Positions 52,407 to 64,000 of a stretch of 64,000 nt of DNA are shown here, piece by piece (the first letter of the stretch is position 1; every line of letters begins with the position of its first letter). A program made the translations under genes and the position numbers. Location of the stretch: the NCBI RefSeq assembly GCF_006345805.1, contig NC_043003.1, forward strand, positions 21,514,001-21,578,000. The letters are read 5' to 3'. Below the pieces are notes generated by a model, which saw nothing but the letters and a program-made list of their open reading frames with translations, made no database searches and was not told the DNA's origin. The stretch comes from Octopus sinensis (lineage: Eukaryota).

Positions 52407-53915
52407 GATGACGATGATATATATATATATATATATCATCATCATTTAATGTCTGTTCTCCATGCTGGCATGGTTTCTACAGCTGGATGCCCTTCCTAAT
52501 GCCCACCATTCCAGGAGTGTAATGGGTGCTTTTACATGCCACCAGCACAGGTGCCATCTACATGACACCAGCAACAACCATGACTACGATTCACCAGTGT
52601 TTGTCCCCCTATCACCACTTGATAACTGGTGTTGGTGTGTTTACATCCTTATATATAGATATACATCCAAGGGACTTCCACACAATGTCCATCTCCCAAA
52701 CTCAAACTCACTTCTAAAGCATTGGTCATTTGGGAGATAAAGTAGGAGAGACTAGTCCAATGTGTAGTATAGTGGGACTGAACCCCCAAACCACATGATA
52801 CGAAGTGAGTTTCTTAACCACACAGCTATGTCTATGCCTGGCTTCTTAACTACATAGCTATAAAAAATAAAGATTTAAATCTTTGCACAGACAAGGCTGT
52901 ATGGTAAGAAGCTTGCTTCCCAACCACATTGTTATGGGATCATTCCCATTGCATGGCACCTTGGGCAAGTGTCTTCTACTACTGACCAAAGCCTTGTGAG
53001 TGGATTTGGTGAATGGAAACTGAAAGAAGCCTATTGTATGTATATATATATATATGTATGTATGTATATACTTATGTGTGTGTGTCTTAGTGTATGTTTG
53101 TCTCCCTATCACCACTTGATGTTGATGTGTTTACGTCCCCGTAACTTAGTGGTCTGGCAAAAAAGATCGATAGAATAAGTGCTAGCCCTAAGAAATAAGT
53201 CCGGGGGTCGATTTGTTCGACTAAAACTCTTCAATCTAGTGCTCCAGCATGGTCACAGCCAAATGACTGAAACAAGTAAAAGGAATAAAGTTAATTCATA
53301 GAGCAATATGGACCTTATTTAGTGCAATATAGGATGTAACCCTTTTCAATCCTTTCAGTTAATAGACAAACAGGCGTAGGAATGGCTGTGTGGTAAGTAG
53401 CTTACTTACCAACCACATGGTTCCAGGTTCAGTCCCACTGCATGGCACCTTGGGCGAGTGTCTTCTACTATAGCCTCGGGCCGACCAAAGCCTTGTGAGT
53501 GGATTTGGTAGATGGAAACTGAAAGAAGCCAGTCATATATATGTATATATGTGTGTGTGTGTGTGTGTGTGTTTTTGTGTCTGTGTTTGTCCCCCCAACA
53601 TCGCTTGACAACCGATGGTGGTGTGTTTATGTCCCCGTAACCTAGCGGTTTGACAAAAGAGACCGATAGAATAAGTACTAAGCTTACAGAGAATAAGTCC
53701 TGGGTCGATTTGCTCGACTAAGGGCTGTGCTCCAGCATGGCCACAGTCAAATGACTGAAACAAGAGAGTAAAAGAGTAACCCACTGAACCTCACAAACCC
53801 AGGCATTTCATTTTATTTGTCTTTCTCCATGCTTTATTTCTTTGAAATTTGTTTTATGCTTTCGTCCATTTTATGTTTTACAAAATCTAATATTATTTCT
53901 CTTATAAACTTTCAG

Positions 53916-54071
53916 AATGTAGCAAGTGGACTGATAACTACCACTAAAGACCGACATGCTTGGGTGCGTGACAATGTCTACAGTGTCATGGCAGTATGGG
54001 GATTGGCTCTGGCCTATCGGAAAACGGCAGATTTTGATGAAGATCGATCAAAAGCATATGAGTTAGAGCAA
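53916..54071 (+). CDS. PHKA: PHKA exon 2 (156 nt)
   Basis: tttcag|[52 protein letters not shown]|gtaggt; conserved AWVRDNVY motif of the GH15-like domain. Confidence 0.95.
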
Positions 54072-54152
54072 GTAGGTGACTTTGAATTCTAAGGGAAAAA
54101 AAAATGTTTTGCTTTGTTTCTTTATATTTGAATTTTTTTAGTAGTAGTGGTA

Positions 54153-54662
54153 CCGTAAATCCTCGAGTATAATCCGCATTTTTTTCCCAAAATTTAAAGG
54201 TCAAAATCCCTAGTGCGTACTATATACGAGGCTAAAAATGAAAATTATTTCCTAAGCAATGTCCGAGTCTCTATTTGCTGTCTGGCTATGTTTATTCAGA
54301 CGCATTTTGTGATGTTGGGCGCGAAAATACCTTAAGCTTAGACTGAAAGCAATGAAGTCATAAAAGAATCATCCATAACTTGCAGTAAGCAACATTTGTT
54401 AAATGCTATTACTGTTACTTCTTTATTTTCTGCAAACAAAATGCACAAAAAAGCTACACGTTTGCATTGTTATATTTACAATAATAATAAAGGACGTTTC
54501 TGTATACAGTTTTACAAACCAAGGATGTTATAAAGACCTCCTTGACTCAAGTTAGAGAAGGGGTGCGTATTATACACAAGGTTTAGGCTTTTCAGAGGGA
54601 CAGCCCCCTAAAAATCCCCTGCATATTATACTCAAGGGCAGACTATACTCAAGGATTTACGG
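54153..54662. mobile_element. Tc1/pogo-type MITE (510 bp)
   Basis: TA|ccgtaaatcctcgagtata...tatactcaaggatttacgg|TA: TIRs with TA target duplication. Confidence 0.85.
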
Positions 54663-55129
54663 TATTTGTTGTTATTGTTACTGGTGGTGGTGATGGGGTT
54701 TGAATATTTGGAATAAATAAGAAATTGATCTGTAGGTTAATTATAAAATTAATAATTTATTGTTTAGCCCAGGTTAACCCCATCTAGCAGAACTGTATTT
54801 AAAGGCACTCCAACTGTAGTCATCCCTCCTTTTACTCAGGCATAATGCATAGTGTGCAGTCTGTCCATTTCTAAGACAGTTGGGTATAATTTGAGAGAGA
54901 GGGTGAAAGAGAAAGAAATTCGGTTACTATTTCTAGCAGGTCAACCGTATAGACATTCCTTCATTGACTCAATCTCGTATCAGTGCAGGTGCATTCCCAA
55001 TGTAGCATTGTTTATGCTAATTTTTTGTCCTGCTTATGCTAATGTGCAATTTCTATATATTTGTGTGGATATAGGGTTTCAGTGGACAACAGCTTTATCA
55101 GTTTGAGTTGAGGTTAAAAACTAAAGCAA

Positions 55130-55680
55130 ATTAATGGGATTGTAGGTATGATTGTAAGTGTCAATTATCAATGTGGAGTGGATGATAGGTGTAGGAGGTT
55201 GATAAGGGATTGGGTTGTAGATGTGATTTGTATGCAAGGATTGGATTGAATATATACATTGTAGGCATGAATAGTGGGTGTTGTAGAATGTGAGTGAGTG
55301 AATTGTAGGTGTGGATTATGGGTAGGAATTGACCGATGGACGTTGTAAAATGTAAGTAAGTTATTGGATTGTCAGGAAGGATTATGGGTAGGGATTGGAC
55401 TGTGGATGTAGAATGTGAGTTATTGGATTGTAGGTAGGGACTGGATTGAAAATGTGGATCACAGGTGTGAATTGTGAGTTTGGAATGAACTCTGGCTGTA
55501 GAATATGAGCTAATGGAATATAGATATGAATTGTGGGTTAAGAGTTTCAGGTGTGAATTAAGGGTGAGTGACTGGAATGTGAATTGAGGGTGGTAGATTT
55601 GGTCTCAGTGTAAGTGATGAGTATTTTTGTATGAATTAAGGGATTGGATAATAAGTGTGGGTAGAGATTTGATTGCATTA
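55130..55680 (+). repeat. Degenerate C-poor G/T-rich tandem repeat (~60-bp period)
   Basis: Recurrent tgtagaatgtgagt / ggattgtaggt / ggattatgggtagg. Confidence 0.7.
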
Positions 55681-56907
55681 TTTTATGGTTTACATGTCCA
55701 TGTTGTATATAGTATAAATGTATGATGGGTGCTGAAAAGTTCGTGGCTTTGGGTAAAAGAAAATACAAGAAGATCCGTTCATTATGATTTTATTCAACGT
55801 GTTCCCCTCTCAGATTCACACACTTACTGCAGTGGTCATTCAATTTTTATAAGCCCTGTAAAAGAACTCAAAAAGTTCAGCCCCCAACCAGGCCTTTTGC
55901 AATACCCTTAAAGCCAGGAACTTTTCAACACCCCCTCATATAGTGTAAACATTCAAACATCATCACTATTTTTCCAAAACCTGCTGCATTTCACATGGAA
56001 CTTTTGGTCTCCCAAAGCTGATCTTGGTGACCTACCTTTTTGTGGCCATAAATTATGGTTTGGAAAATTTGACCTGTATGTCAGAAAATACAATACAGCA
56101 CTGTCTTGAATATTTAACATCTTAATTGCCACATGTACCACCAGTGGTTCATCGCAAACTTCACACAACTGCCATATACATCACTGGTGATACATTTGAA
56201 AAAATATATTATACTGTATCTTTGACATGGTTTCAAGGCTATTTAAATAACATGAGTGCTAAATATCTAAGTTTAATTATGAAATATTGTAAAAATGTAA
56301 AAAGAATTACATTTCTTTGTAATTAAACAGTATTTAATTACACCAGAAATACGTGGCTTATCCAGCAAGTTCAAGTGACAGGATGTGGCAGTTGATGTGC
56401 TAAAGAAAAGAACCCAAATATTTATGAATTAATTCTATTCTTTTATTCTTGTTTCTGTCATTTGACTGTGGCCATGCTGGAGCACCGCTTTTAATCGAAC
56501 AAATCGACCCCAGGACTTATTCTTTCTTATTCTATCGGTCTCTTTTGCCGAACCGCTAATTTATGGGGATGTAAACACCAGCATCAGTTGTCAAGCGATG
56601 TTGGGGGTAACAAACACACATGCTCACATATACACACACACATATATATTATATATACGATGGGCTTCTTTCAGTTTCTGTCTACCAAATCCACTCACAA
56701 GGCTTTGGTCGGCCAGAGGCTATAGTAGAAGACAATTGCCCAAGGTGCCACGCAATGGGACTGAACCCCAAACCATATGGTTGGTAAGCAAACTACTTAC
56801 CACACAGCCACTCCTACTCCTATAAAAATCTTACATTTTTCTATGTAAAAATCTTACATTTTTCTTTATCCCTGTTTTTAATATTGCTACTCTCATTAAA
56901 TTCACAG

Positions 56908-57124
56908 TCTGTCGTGAAGCTGATGCGGGGAATTTTACGAGCCATGACAATGCAAGTGCATAAACTGGAGAAGTTCAAAGTGACACAAAGCGCAGTGGAT
57001 TCACTTCATGCGAAATATGACTCTGAGACATGTCTACCTGTTGAAGGCGATCTTGAGTGGGGTCATTTGCAAATAGATGCCACATCACTGTATGTACTTA
57101 TGTTGTCTGAAATGACAGCCTCAG
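56908..57124 (+). CDS. PHKA: PHKA exon 3 (217 nt)
   Basis: tcacag|[24 protein letters not shown]...SLHAKYD...[24 protein letters not shown]|gtatgt. Confidence 0.95.
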
Positions 57125-57178
57125 GTATGTGTTGCTTGTTAATTTATTTTTCACTATAAGTAGGACAGGGTGTTCAGG

Positions 57179-57322
57179 CTAAATTTGATGATTTTTGGTC
57201 TCCTTTTTTAAGGAACTAAATTTGATGATTTTGGGTCTCTTTTTTTAAGGAACTAAATTTGATGATTTTGGGTCTCCTTTTTTAAGGAACTAAATTTGAT
57301 GATTTTTGGTCTCCTTTTTTAA
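57179..57322 (+). repeat. 37-bp minisatellite, 4 units
   Basis: aaatttgatgatttt.ggtctc.ttttttaaggaact at 57181, 57218, 57255 and 57292. Confidence 0.95.
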
Positions 57323-57542
57323 CCCTTTCATTACCAACCTGGCTGAAACCAGCTCTGGCTCTGAGTACAAATGTCTTGTTTTCATAAGTTTTGAATTAAA
57401 ATCTTCTACCAAACCTTAGTCACAATTTATGTTCCTAACACTAGCTTAACGATAACTACGTTATTTTATTAAATTCTTTGTTATATTTAAAGTAATTGAA
57501 AGAAACACAGAGCATCTCAAAATAAATACATTAACGAAAGGG
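57323..57542. mobile_element. piggyBac-type MITE (220 bp)
   Basis: TTAA|ccctttcatta...taacgaaaggg|TTAA, inserted in the 4th unit of a 37-bp tandem repeat that resumes (ggaact) at 57547. Confidence 0.88.
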
Positions 57543-58544
57543 TTAAGGAACTGTTTGATGTATTATTAGGGAATAGTCAATGACATTGGAGAGTATTGTT
57601 GTGATTTTAGTTTTGATCACGTGATTTTGATTGTCTTGATTGCCGTTATATGCCTGCACTGCGACTGCGCGGGGTTCTGTTCTGTTTGCATACGACATGT
57701 TCAGCATTGATTTTAGTTAATCTAGATTGTAGCTACTCGCTGCATAAAAATGTTATTGCGTTGAAGTTTGGTTTTGCTTACAATTTAGCAATCTTTGTTT
57801 GTATTGTATATTGCTGTATTTTTAGTCGATTAAAACCTTTTAAACTTTGATATTTGAGTTTGGGTTTATAACAAGTACAAAGGTTAAAGTTGTAGTTGGG
57901 AAAAAGTTAGCTGACATAGAATGCTGGAAGCCTTCTGAATATTGGAAAAGAGTTACTTGTGCCATGATGATTTATGCCAGGTGTCAAAATGCCAACATCA
58001 TGATTGCTACTCAATGTTCTATGACCCCTGTAAAGGGTGTGACGTGGATATTATGGAAACCAAATTCCCCAAAACTAGGATAGTCTTTGGTTGTGTTTCC
58101 AATGAGAGAAATGTCATGCCTTCCCACATCAATGAACAGGGTCTTAAGCTCAATTTTGATGGTTATGTGAAGCTGCTAGAGACTGGCTGGAGGGGGTTGC
58201 TGCTAGAAGGCCATATGTGTGGCAGTAAGATTCAGCTCCTTGTCATACCTCCAGAAAGAATCAGAAGTGGTTGTCAGAGAATTTCTATGACTACACCAGC
58301 CCTAATTTTTGGCCTCCTAATTCCTCTGACTGTAATCCCATGGATTGCTATATTTGGGGTACAATTGAGAAAGATACCATCTGCTCTGCTTGCAACACTA
58401 AGGCCAAGCTGGTGATTGTGTTCAAGGATGCTTGAAGATCTTTCTAAGGACACAATGAAGAACACATGTGCCAGGTTCCAGAGTTGTTTATAAATCATGA
58501 TGGAAGCTGAAGCTGTTATTTCCCAGTATTAATCTAGTTGATGC

Positions 58545-58680
58545 CATACATCTTTCCATCCATCTATCTGACTTTTCATCCATTCATGTATCTGTCCATC
58601 CATCCATCTATCCATCCATCCATCTGTCCATTCATCCATCGGTCCCTCCATCCATCCTCCATCCACCTACCTGTCCAATC
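58545..58680 (+). repeat. Degenerate (CCAT)n microsatellite
   Basis: Direct reading. Confidence 0.9.
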
Positions 58681-58968
58681 ATCTGCTATGACCATCTTGT
58701 TTTTTCTTTAGGCATAGTATATTTAAGAATACACCATCCTTTGTGTCGCTCCTTTTTTACTCCTTAAGACTGTAGAATATGATTTGAAGGGGAGATATTA
58801 CTGCTGTTTTTATTTCCAACAGATTGTGCCACAATGTAGAGTCTCCCTCTTTCTCTCTTTCCCATTGGCTCAAAGTGATTCTGTTAAATGTTATTGTCTC
58901 GTATTTATTTATTCAGTACATTACTTTTATATATTTTGTATAGTGTTATTTTATTATTATTTCATTAG

Positions 58969-59051
58969 GTTTAAAAATCATATTTTCATTGGACGAAGTT
59001 GCTTTTATACAGAACCTGGTATTTTACATTCAAGCTGCTTACCGTATCCCA
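58969..59051 (+). CDS. PHKA: PHKA exon 4 (83 nt)
   Basis: cattag|(G)[27 protein letters not shown]|gtaagt; phase 1 to 0, compatible with neighbours. Confidence 0.93.
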
Positions 59052-60584
59052 GTAAGTATAAAAGAATTTTTTTTTTAATAAACTGAACCACTCCCTTTGT
59101 GTCTCTCTGTTTTGGATCTTGATTGATAAATTTTCATATCCTGCAATTATTCTTATACAAGTTACAGAACCGATACCATCACCAATAAAATATAGCACTT
59201 GTCAATTCCTGAGGTTGATAAGACAGTGAGCTGGCAGAATTGTTAACATGCTGGGCAAAATGCTTAGCAGTGTTTTATCTGTCTTTACGTTCTGAGTTCA
59301 AATTCCATCAAAGTCCACTTTGTCTTTCATTCTTTTGGGGTTGATAAAATAAGCACCAGTTGAACTCTGGAGTCGATGTAATGGACTTAGCCCCTCCCCC
59401 AATATTTTAGGCCTTGTATCTATAACAGAAAGGATCACTATTATTATTATTAAGGCAGCAAGCTGACAGAATCATTAGCATGCTGGGTAAAATGCTAAGC
59501 AACATTTCGTCCATCTCTATGCTCTGAGTTCAAATTCCATTGAGGTTGACTTTGCCTTTTATCCTGTTGGGGTCAATGAAATAAGTACCAGTTGATTTTT
59601 GGTGTTGATGTAATCTACTTATCCCCTTCCCTGAAATTGCTCCCCTTGTGCCAAAATTTGGAATCTGTTAATGGGGCTGATGGTTTCAACTAATTTCCTT
59701 CCTTCAAAATTGCTAGTCTTGTATCTTAATCAGAAACCATTTCTTATGCCTTAAAAAATATATAATATTTTTATATAGGCATGGCTGTGTGGTGAGAAGT
59801 TTGCTTTCCAACCACAGGATTCTAGATTCTGTCCCACTACGTGGATCCTTGGGAAAGTGTTTTGTACTGTAGCCTTGGGCTGACCAAAGCCTTGTGAGTA
59901 GATTTGGTAGACACAAACTGAAAGAAGATCATCATATATATGTGTGTGGAGGGGTATGTGTGTCTTTATGTCTGTGTTTGTCCCTCACCACCTCTTGACA
60001 ACTGATGTTGGTGTGCTTCTGTTCCCATAACTTAGTGATTCAGCAAAAGAGATTGATTGAATAAGTACCAGGCTTAAAAAAAATATGTTCTGGGGTCAGT
60101 TCGGTCAACTAAGATTCTTCAAGGCAGTGCCTCAGCATTCTAATGGCTGAACCAAATAAAAGAGAAAAGATATTTCTTTGTATGGCTGATGCTGGTGTCA
60201 CATAACTGGCACTCGTGCCGGTGGCATGTAAAAAGCATCCTTTGAACGTTGGGCCTCATGGAGGCAATGACAAGTGACTGGGGCCTTTGGTGATGTGCCA
60301 TGCTTGAAAGGACCTGTCAAGCCAGGTGAAATCATAACCGTGACCAATGCCTGTGTCACATAACTGGTACCCATGCCTGTGACATGTAGAAAGTACCCAT
60401 TATACTCTTGGAGTGGTTGGCTTTAGGAAGGGCATCCAACCATAGAAACCATACCAAATCAGATTGGAACCTGCTGTAGCCCTCCAGCTGAGCAGTTTCA
60501 GTTAAAGCATCTAACCCATGCTAGCATGGAAAGCAGATGCTAAATGATGATGTTTGTTTAAAAGATTAATGTTTTCTCTTTCAG

Positions 60585-60665
60585 GATTATGGTATTTGGG
60601 AACGAGGTGACAAAACCAACCATGGATTGCCAGAACTCAATTCTAGTTCTATTGGGATGGCCAAG
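60585..60665 (+). CDS. PHKA: PHKA exon 5 (81 nt)
   Basis: tttcag|[27 protein letters not shown]|gtaatt. Confidence 0.95.
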
Positions 60666-60689
60666 GTAATTATTAACTGATGTTATAAT

Positions 60690-61250
60690 CATAACAACAA
60701 CAATCACTAAAAGCAACAACAGCAACATTCACATCATCATCATCAATATCATGATTATAATCATCAACATTACCATTGATATTACTAATTAGTAATAGTA
60801 ATTAATATTAGTAATAGTAATATTACTAATATGATTATAATTGTGATCATCATCATCTCAGATTACTATACCCTCCATCTCCATTGCTTTTGTAATCATC
60901 ATCATCATCCTCCCCACCAACATCATCACCACTATCATTATCACTATCATCATCATCATTTTTCATCACTACTACCACCACTATTAGAACAACCATGACT
61001 ACAATCATCATCATCCTTGCCTCTCACCACCACCAACCACCATCATCATCATCACCACCATCACCATTAGCTCTCACTACCACCATCACATCACCACCAT
61101 CACATCACCACCATCATCTCTGCTACCACAGTAATCATCACTTCTATTCCCACCACCCATTACCACACACCTCCCCCCTTCATCATCATTGTCTCTAACA
61201 CTAGCTAATTATGATGATAATGATCATCATCAGTACCTCCACCACAATTA
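60690..61250 (+). repeat. Degenerate (CAT/CAC/AAC)n low-complexity tract filling PHKA intron 5
   Basis: Direct reading. Confidence 0.9.
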
Positions 61251-61346
61251 TTATAAACAAATAAAAATTAACAAATAAAAAAATTAATTAGACTCTTTTC
61301 ATTTAAGTAGTAGTAGTAGTAGTAAAATTTTACTTGTTTTTTGTAG

Positions 61347-61445
61347 GCTGCTTTAGAAGCTATTGATGGCCTTGACCTTTTTGGGTCACGTGGAGGTCCC
61401 AACTCAGTGATTCATGTTTTGCCTGATGAAGCTCAACAGTGTCAG
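61347..61445 (+). CDS. PHKA: PHKA exon 6 (99 nt)
   Basis: ttgtag|[33 protein letters not shown]|gtaagt. Confidence 0.95.
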
Positions 61446-61450
61446 GTAAG

Positions 61451-61452
<2 letters not shown>

Positions 61453-61486
<34 letters not shown>

Positions 61487-61784
61487 CATTATTATTATCA
61501 TCATTATTATTATTATCATCATTATTATTATTATCATCATTATTATTATTATCATCATTATAATCATTATCATTATTATTATTATCATTATTGTCATTAT
61601 TATTATCATTATTGTCATTATTATTATTATCATTATTATTATTATTATCATTATTGTCATTATTATTATTATTATCATTATTGTCATTATTATTATCATT
61701 ATTGTCATTATTATTATTATTATCATTATTGTCATTATTATTATTATTATCATTATTGTCATTATTATTATCGTTATTATTATT
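61453..61784 (+). repeat. (ATT)n/(ATC)/(GTC) compound microsatellite directly after the PHKA exon 6 donor
   Basis: Direct reading; explains the poly-I/Y/N/L ORFs. Confidence 0.98.
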
Positions 61785-62825
61785 AGTGAGACTTGTCAAG
61801 CCAAGTGAAATCATAGTCATTGCCAATGCTGGTGTCATGTAACTGGCACCTGTGCCAGTAGCACATAATTGGTAGCTGTGCCAGTGGCACATAAAAGCAC
61901 CCATGCCAGTGGCTTGTAAAAAGCATCCATTTCACTCTTGGAGTGGTCGGCATTAGGAAGGGCATCGAGCTGTAGAAACCATGCCAAATCAGATTGGAAC
62001 CTGATGCGGCTCTCTGGCTTGCCAGTGTCGGTCAAACTGTCTGAGCCATGCCAGCATGAAAAGTGGACGTTAAATGATGAGGAGGATTATTGCAAGGCAG
62101 TGAGCAGGCAGAATCATTAGCAGGTCGGGCAAAATGCTTAGCAGCATCTGATCCATCTTTATGGTCTGAGTTCGAATTCCACTGAGGTCGACTTTGCCTT
62201 TTATCCTTTCAATGTCGATAAAATAAGTACCATTGCACACTGGGCTCAATGTAATGACTAGCCCCCTTCCTCAAAATTTCAAGGTGTGTGTCTATAGTGG
62301 AAAGGATTATTATTTTTATTACTATTATTATTAAAGTAGCTTGCTGCAGAATCTTAGCATGCCAGGCAAGATGCTTTGTGGAATTTCTTCTGTCTTTATG
62401 TTCTGAGTTCAAATGCCACTGGGTTCTCACTTTGTCTTTCATCCCTTTGAGCTTGATAAAATAAGTACCAGTTGAACACAGGGGTTGGTGTCATCAACTT
62501 ATCCCCTACCCTGAAACTGTTGGCCTTATGCTAAAATTTGAAATCATTATCATCATCGTCATTATAATTTTATTGTCTTTGCTCAGCTTCTAACACTGGA
62601 GATGTACTATGTGGTCAGCTGTTCACTACCAGTGAACTACGATAACACTCCTTATTTTTCGAGTACCATCTGGAGTATTTAAGTGGCTCCAAGCAGTGCT
62701 ATTTTCTGCAAGTGCTTGCAGAAAACAGAATTGTCATCGTCATTATCATTATTATTGAGTGAGAGAGCAGTGCATGCCATCAAAGTGACACTGGGGTAAA
62801 ATATACGAAGCCCAGTATACCCATC

Positions 62826-62916
62826 ATGGTTCTGTAGTATGGTTCCATAGAATGGTTCTGTAGTATGGTTCCATAGCATGGTTCTGTAGTATGGTTCTAT
62901 AGCATGGTTCCATAGC
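62826..62916 (+). repeat. 13-bp minisatellite, 7 units, mostly alternating atggttctgtagt / atggttccatag(a/c)
   Basis: Direct reading. Confidence 0.95.
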
Positions 62917-63037
62917 AAACTTTTTAACCAAGCAGCCATATGTATCATTTGCATTTTAATAAAGCTGAAATATGATTGTCAACTTTTCTGAAATTATATC
63001 TGAAGTAACATCCTTTAATCATTTCCTCTAATTTCAG

Positions 63038-63079
63038 GCTATTTTCCATTCGATGTTGCCTCGGGAATCAAATTCAAAG
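63038..63079 (+). CDS. PHKA: PHKA exon 7 (42 nt); gene continues beyond window
   Basis: tttcag|AIFHSMLPRESNSK|gtaaca; matches the conserved SMLPRxSxSK motif. Confidence 0.9.
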
Positions 63080-63239
63080 GTAACATATTTTGTTTTGTTG
63101 ATTCTGTTTTCAAGTTATTTGATTTTAACCTGCATATGATTATGATGTGTTTAGATATATATATATATATGTGTGTGTGTGTGTACATATTATATATGTA
63201 TGTGTATCTGTATGTATGTGTATATATATATATCAGATG

Positions 63240-63498
63240 TAGTTACACATCGCTGGTCACAATGTGTTCGCATTGTTTTAGCCTTCAAATGACGCCACCC
63301 CGCTGGCTAAGCGAGCAGGCCAACAGAAGAAAGAGTGGTGAAAGAGTACAGCAGGGATCACCACCCCCTGCCGGAGCCTCATGGAGCTTTTAGGTGTTTT
63401 TGCTCAATAAACACTCACAACGCCCGGTCTGGGGATCGAAACCGCGATCCTACGACCGCGAGTCCGCTGCCCTAACCACTAGGCCATTGCGCCTCCAC
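63240..63498 (-). mobile_element. SINE family C (tRNA-like head gtggaggcgcaatggcctagtggttagggcagc); second copy ~22660-22960
   Basis: A/B-box-like head; shared body ccccctgccggagcctc...gaaaccgcgatcct in both copies. Confidence 0.8.
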
Positions 63499-63517
63499 AC
63501 ACACACACACACACACA

Positions 63518-63563
<46 letters not shown>

Positions 63564-64000
63564 TTATTTATTTGTGTTTATGTATATATATATATATGTG
63601 TGTGGTGTGTGTGTGTTTAAATAGTTTCGCTGTGAAATGAATTTTGGTTATACTCCAAGTTCTTGTCAAAAGAGCATGGTTACCAAACTGACTGTAGCAT
63701 CTATTGTTTTAACTCTTATTTAATTTCATTTTATCTTACTCTTTGTTTGAGAGGCAGTTGGATTTGAACTCCTAGTCATATATATGATTAATATTTCATA
63801 AACTCTTTAACTTCATACCCGTTTCCCACTTCATTTTTTAACTTTGTGAATTTGAAGTAAATGATGGTGCCCATGGCCTATGAAGGGATCATCCTAAGCC
63901 AGAGAAATTGATGTGGAGGCATGTGGCTTAGAGTTTAGGGTTTTGCGTTTATGATCGTAAGATTATGGTTTCATTTCCTGGACTGTGCAACGCGTTGTGT

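Larger units (their letters stand above)
57166..58510 (+). mobile_element. Degenerate Tc1/maT-like transposon remnant
   Basis: Terminus cagggtgttcaggctaaatttga (similar end near 28074). Broken transposase motifs IVFGCVSNE..VMP..GLKLN..YVKLLE and FWPPNSSDCNPMDCYIWG near 58308-58360. Confidence 0.7.

Noticed and set aside
60995-61198. His/Pro/Thr-rich ORF
   Set aside because: Low-complexity (CAT/CAC)n intronic tract.
61404-61904. Poly-N/I/Y/L ORFs of 83-166 aa
   Set aside because: Translations of the (ATT)n microsatellite; only 61347-61445 is a real exon.
63420-63498. tRNA genes at SINE heads (also 24950, 34891, 43994 and others)
   Set aside because: tRNA-like A/B boxes continue directly into shared SINE bodies, with no complete cloverleaf or acceptor stem.

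Overview
AT-rich, repeat-dense animal genomic DNA, most consistent with an octopus (inferred from the tRNA-SINE, RTE-LINE and microsatellite landscape; not verifiable here). Three spliced protein-coding genes can be reconstructed by hand. (1) The first coding exon of an SLC37A4-like glucose-6-phosphate exchanger (minus strand, 4255-4390; the rest lies left of the window). (2) A complete ANAPC15 (APC/C subunit 15; plus strand, 4 coding exons 10841-25864, 116 aa), with a candidate extra 36-nt in-frame micro-exon. (3) The first seven coding exons of a phosphorylase kinase alpha subunit (PHKA; plus strand, from 36223, continuing past the window). Nearly all other ORFs in the track are repeat or microsatellite artefacts. 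Non-coding space holds several SINE families, RTE-LINE fragments, mariner/Tc1/pogo/piggyBac/hAT derivatives and Helitron-like elements. The most notable unexplained signals are: two hammerhead-ribozyme-shaped motifs in PHKA intron 1; several near-perfect fold-backs (178-bp and 136-bp stems, the first with only G-U type mismatches); the APC15 micro-exon preceded by a TGTCA-rich ~40-bp array; inverted SINE pairs flanking single exons; and a cluster of splice-donor consensus motifs. None is proven to be a new system; all are testable.
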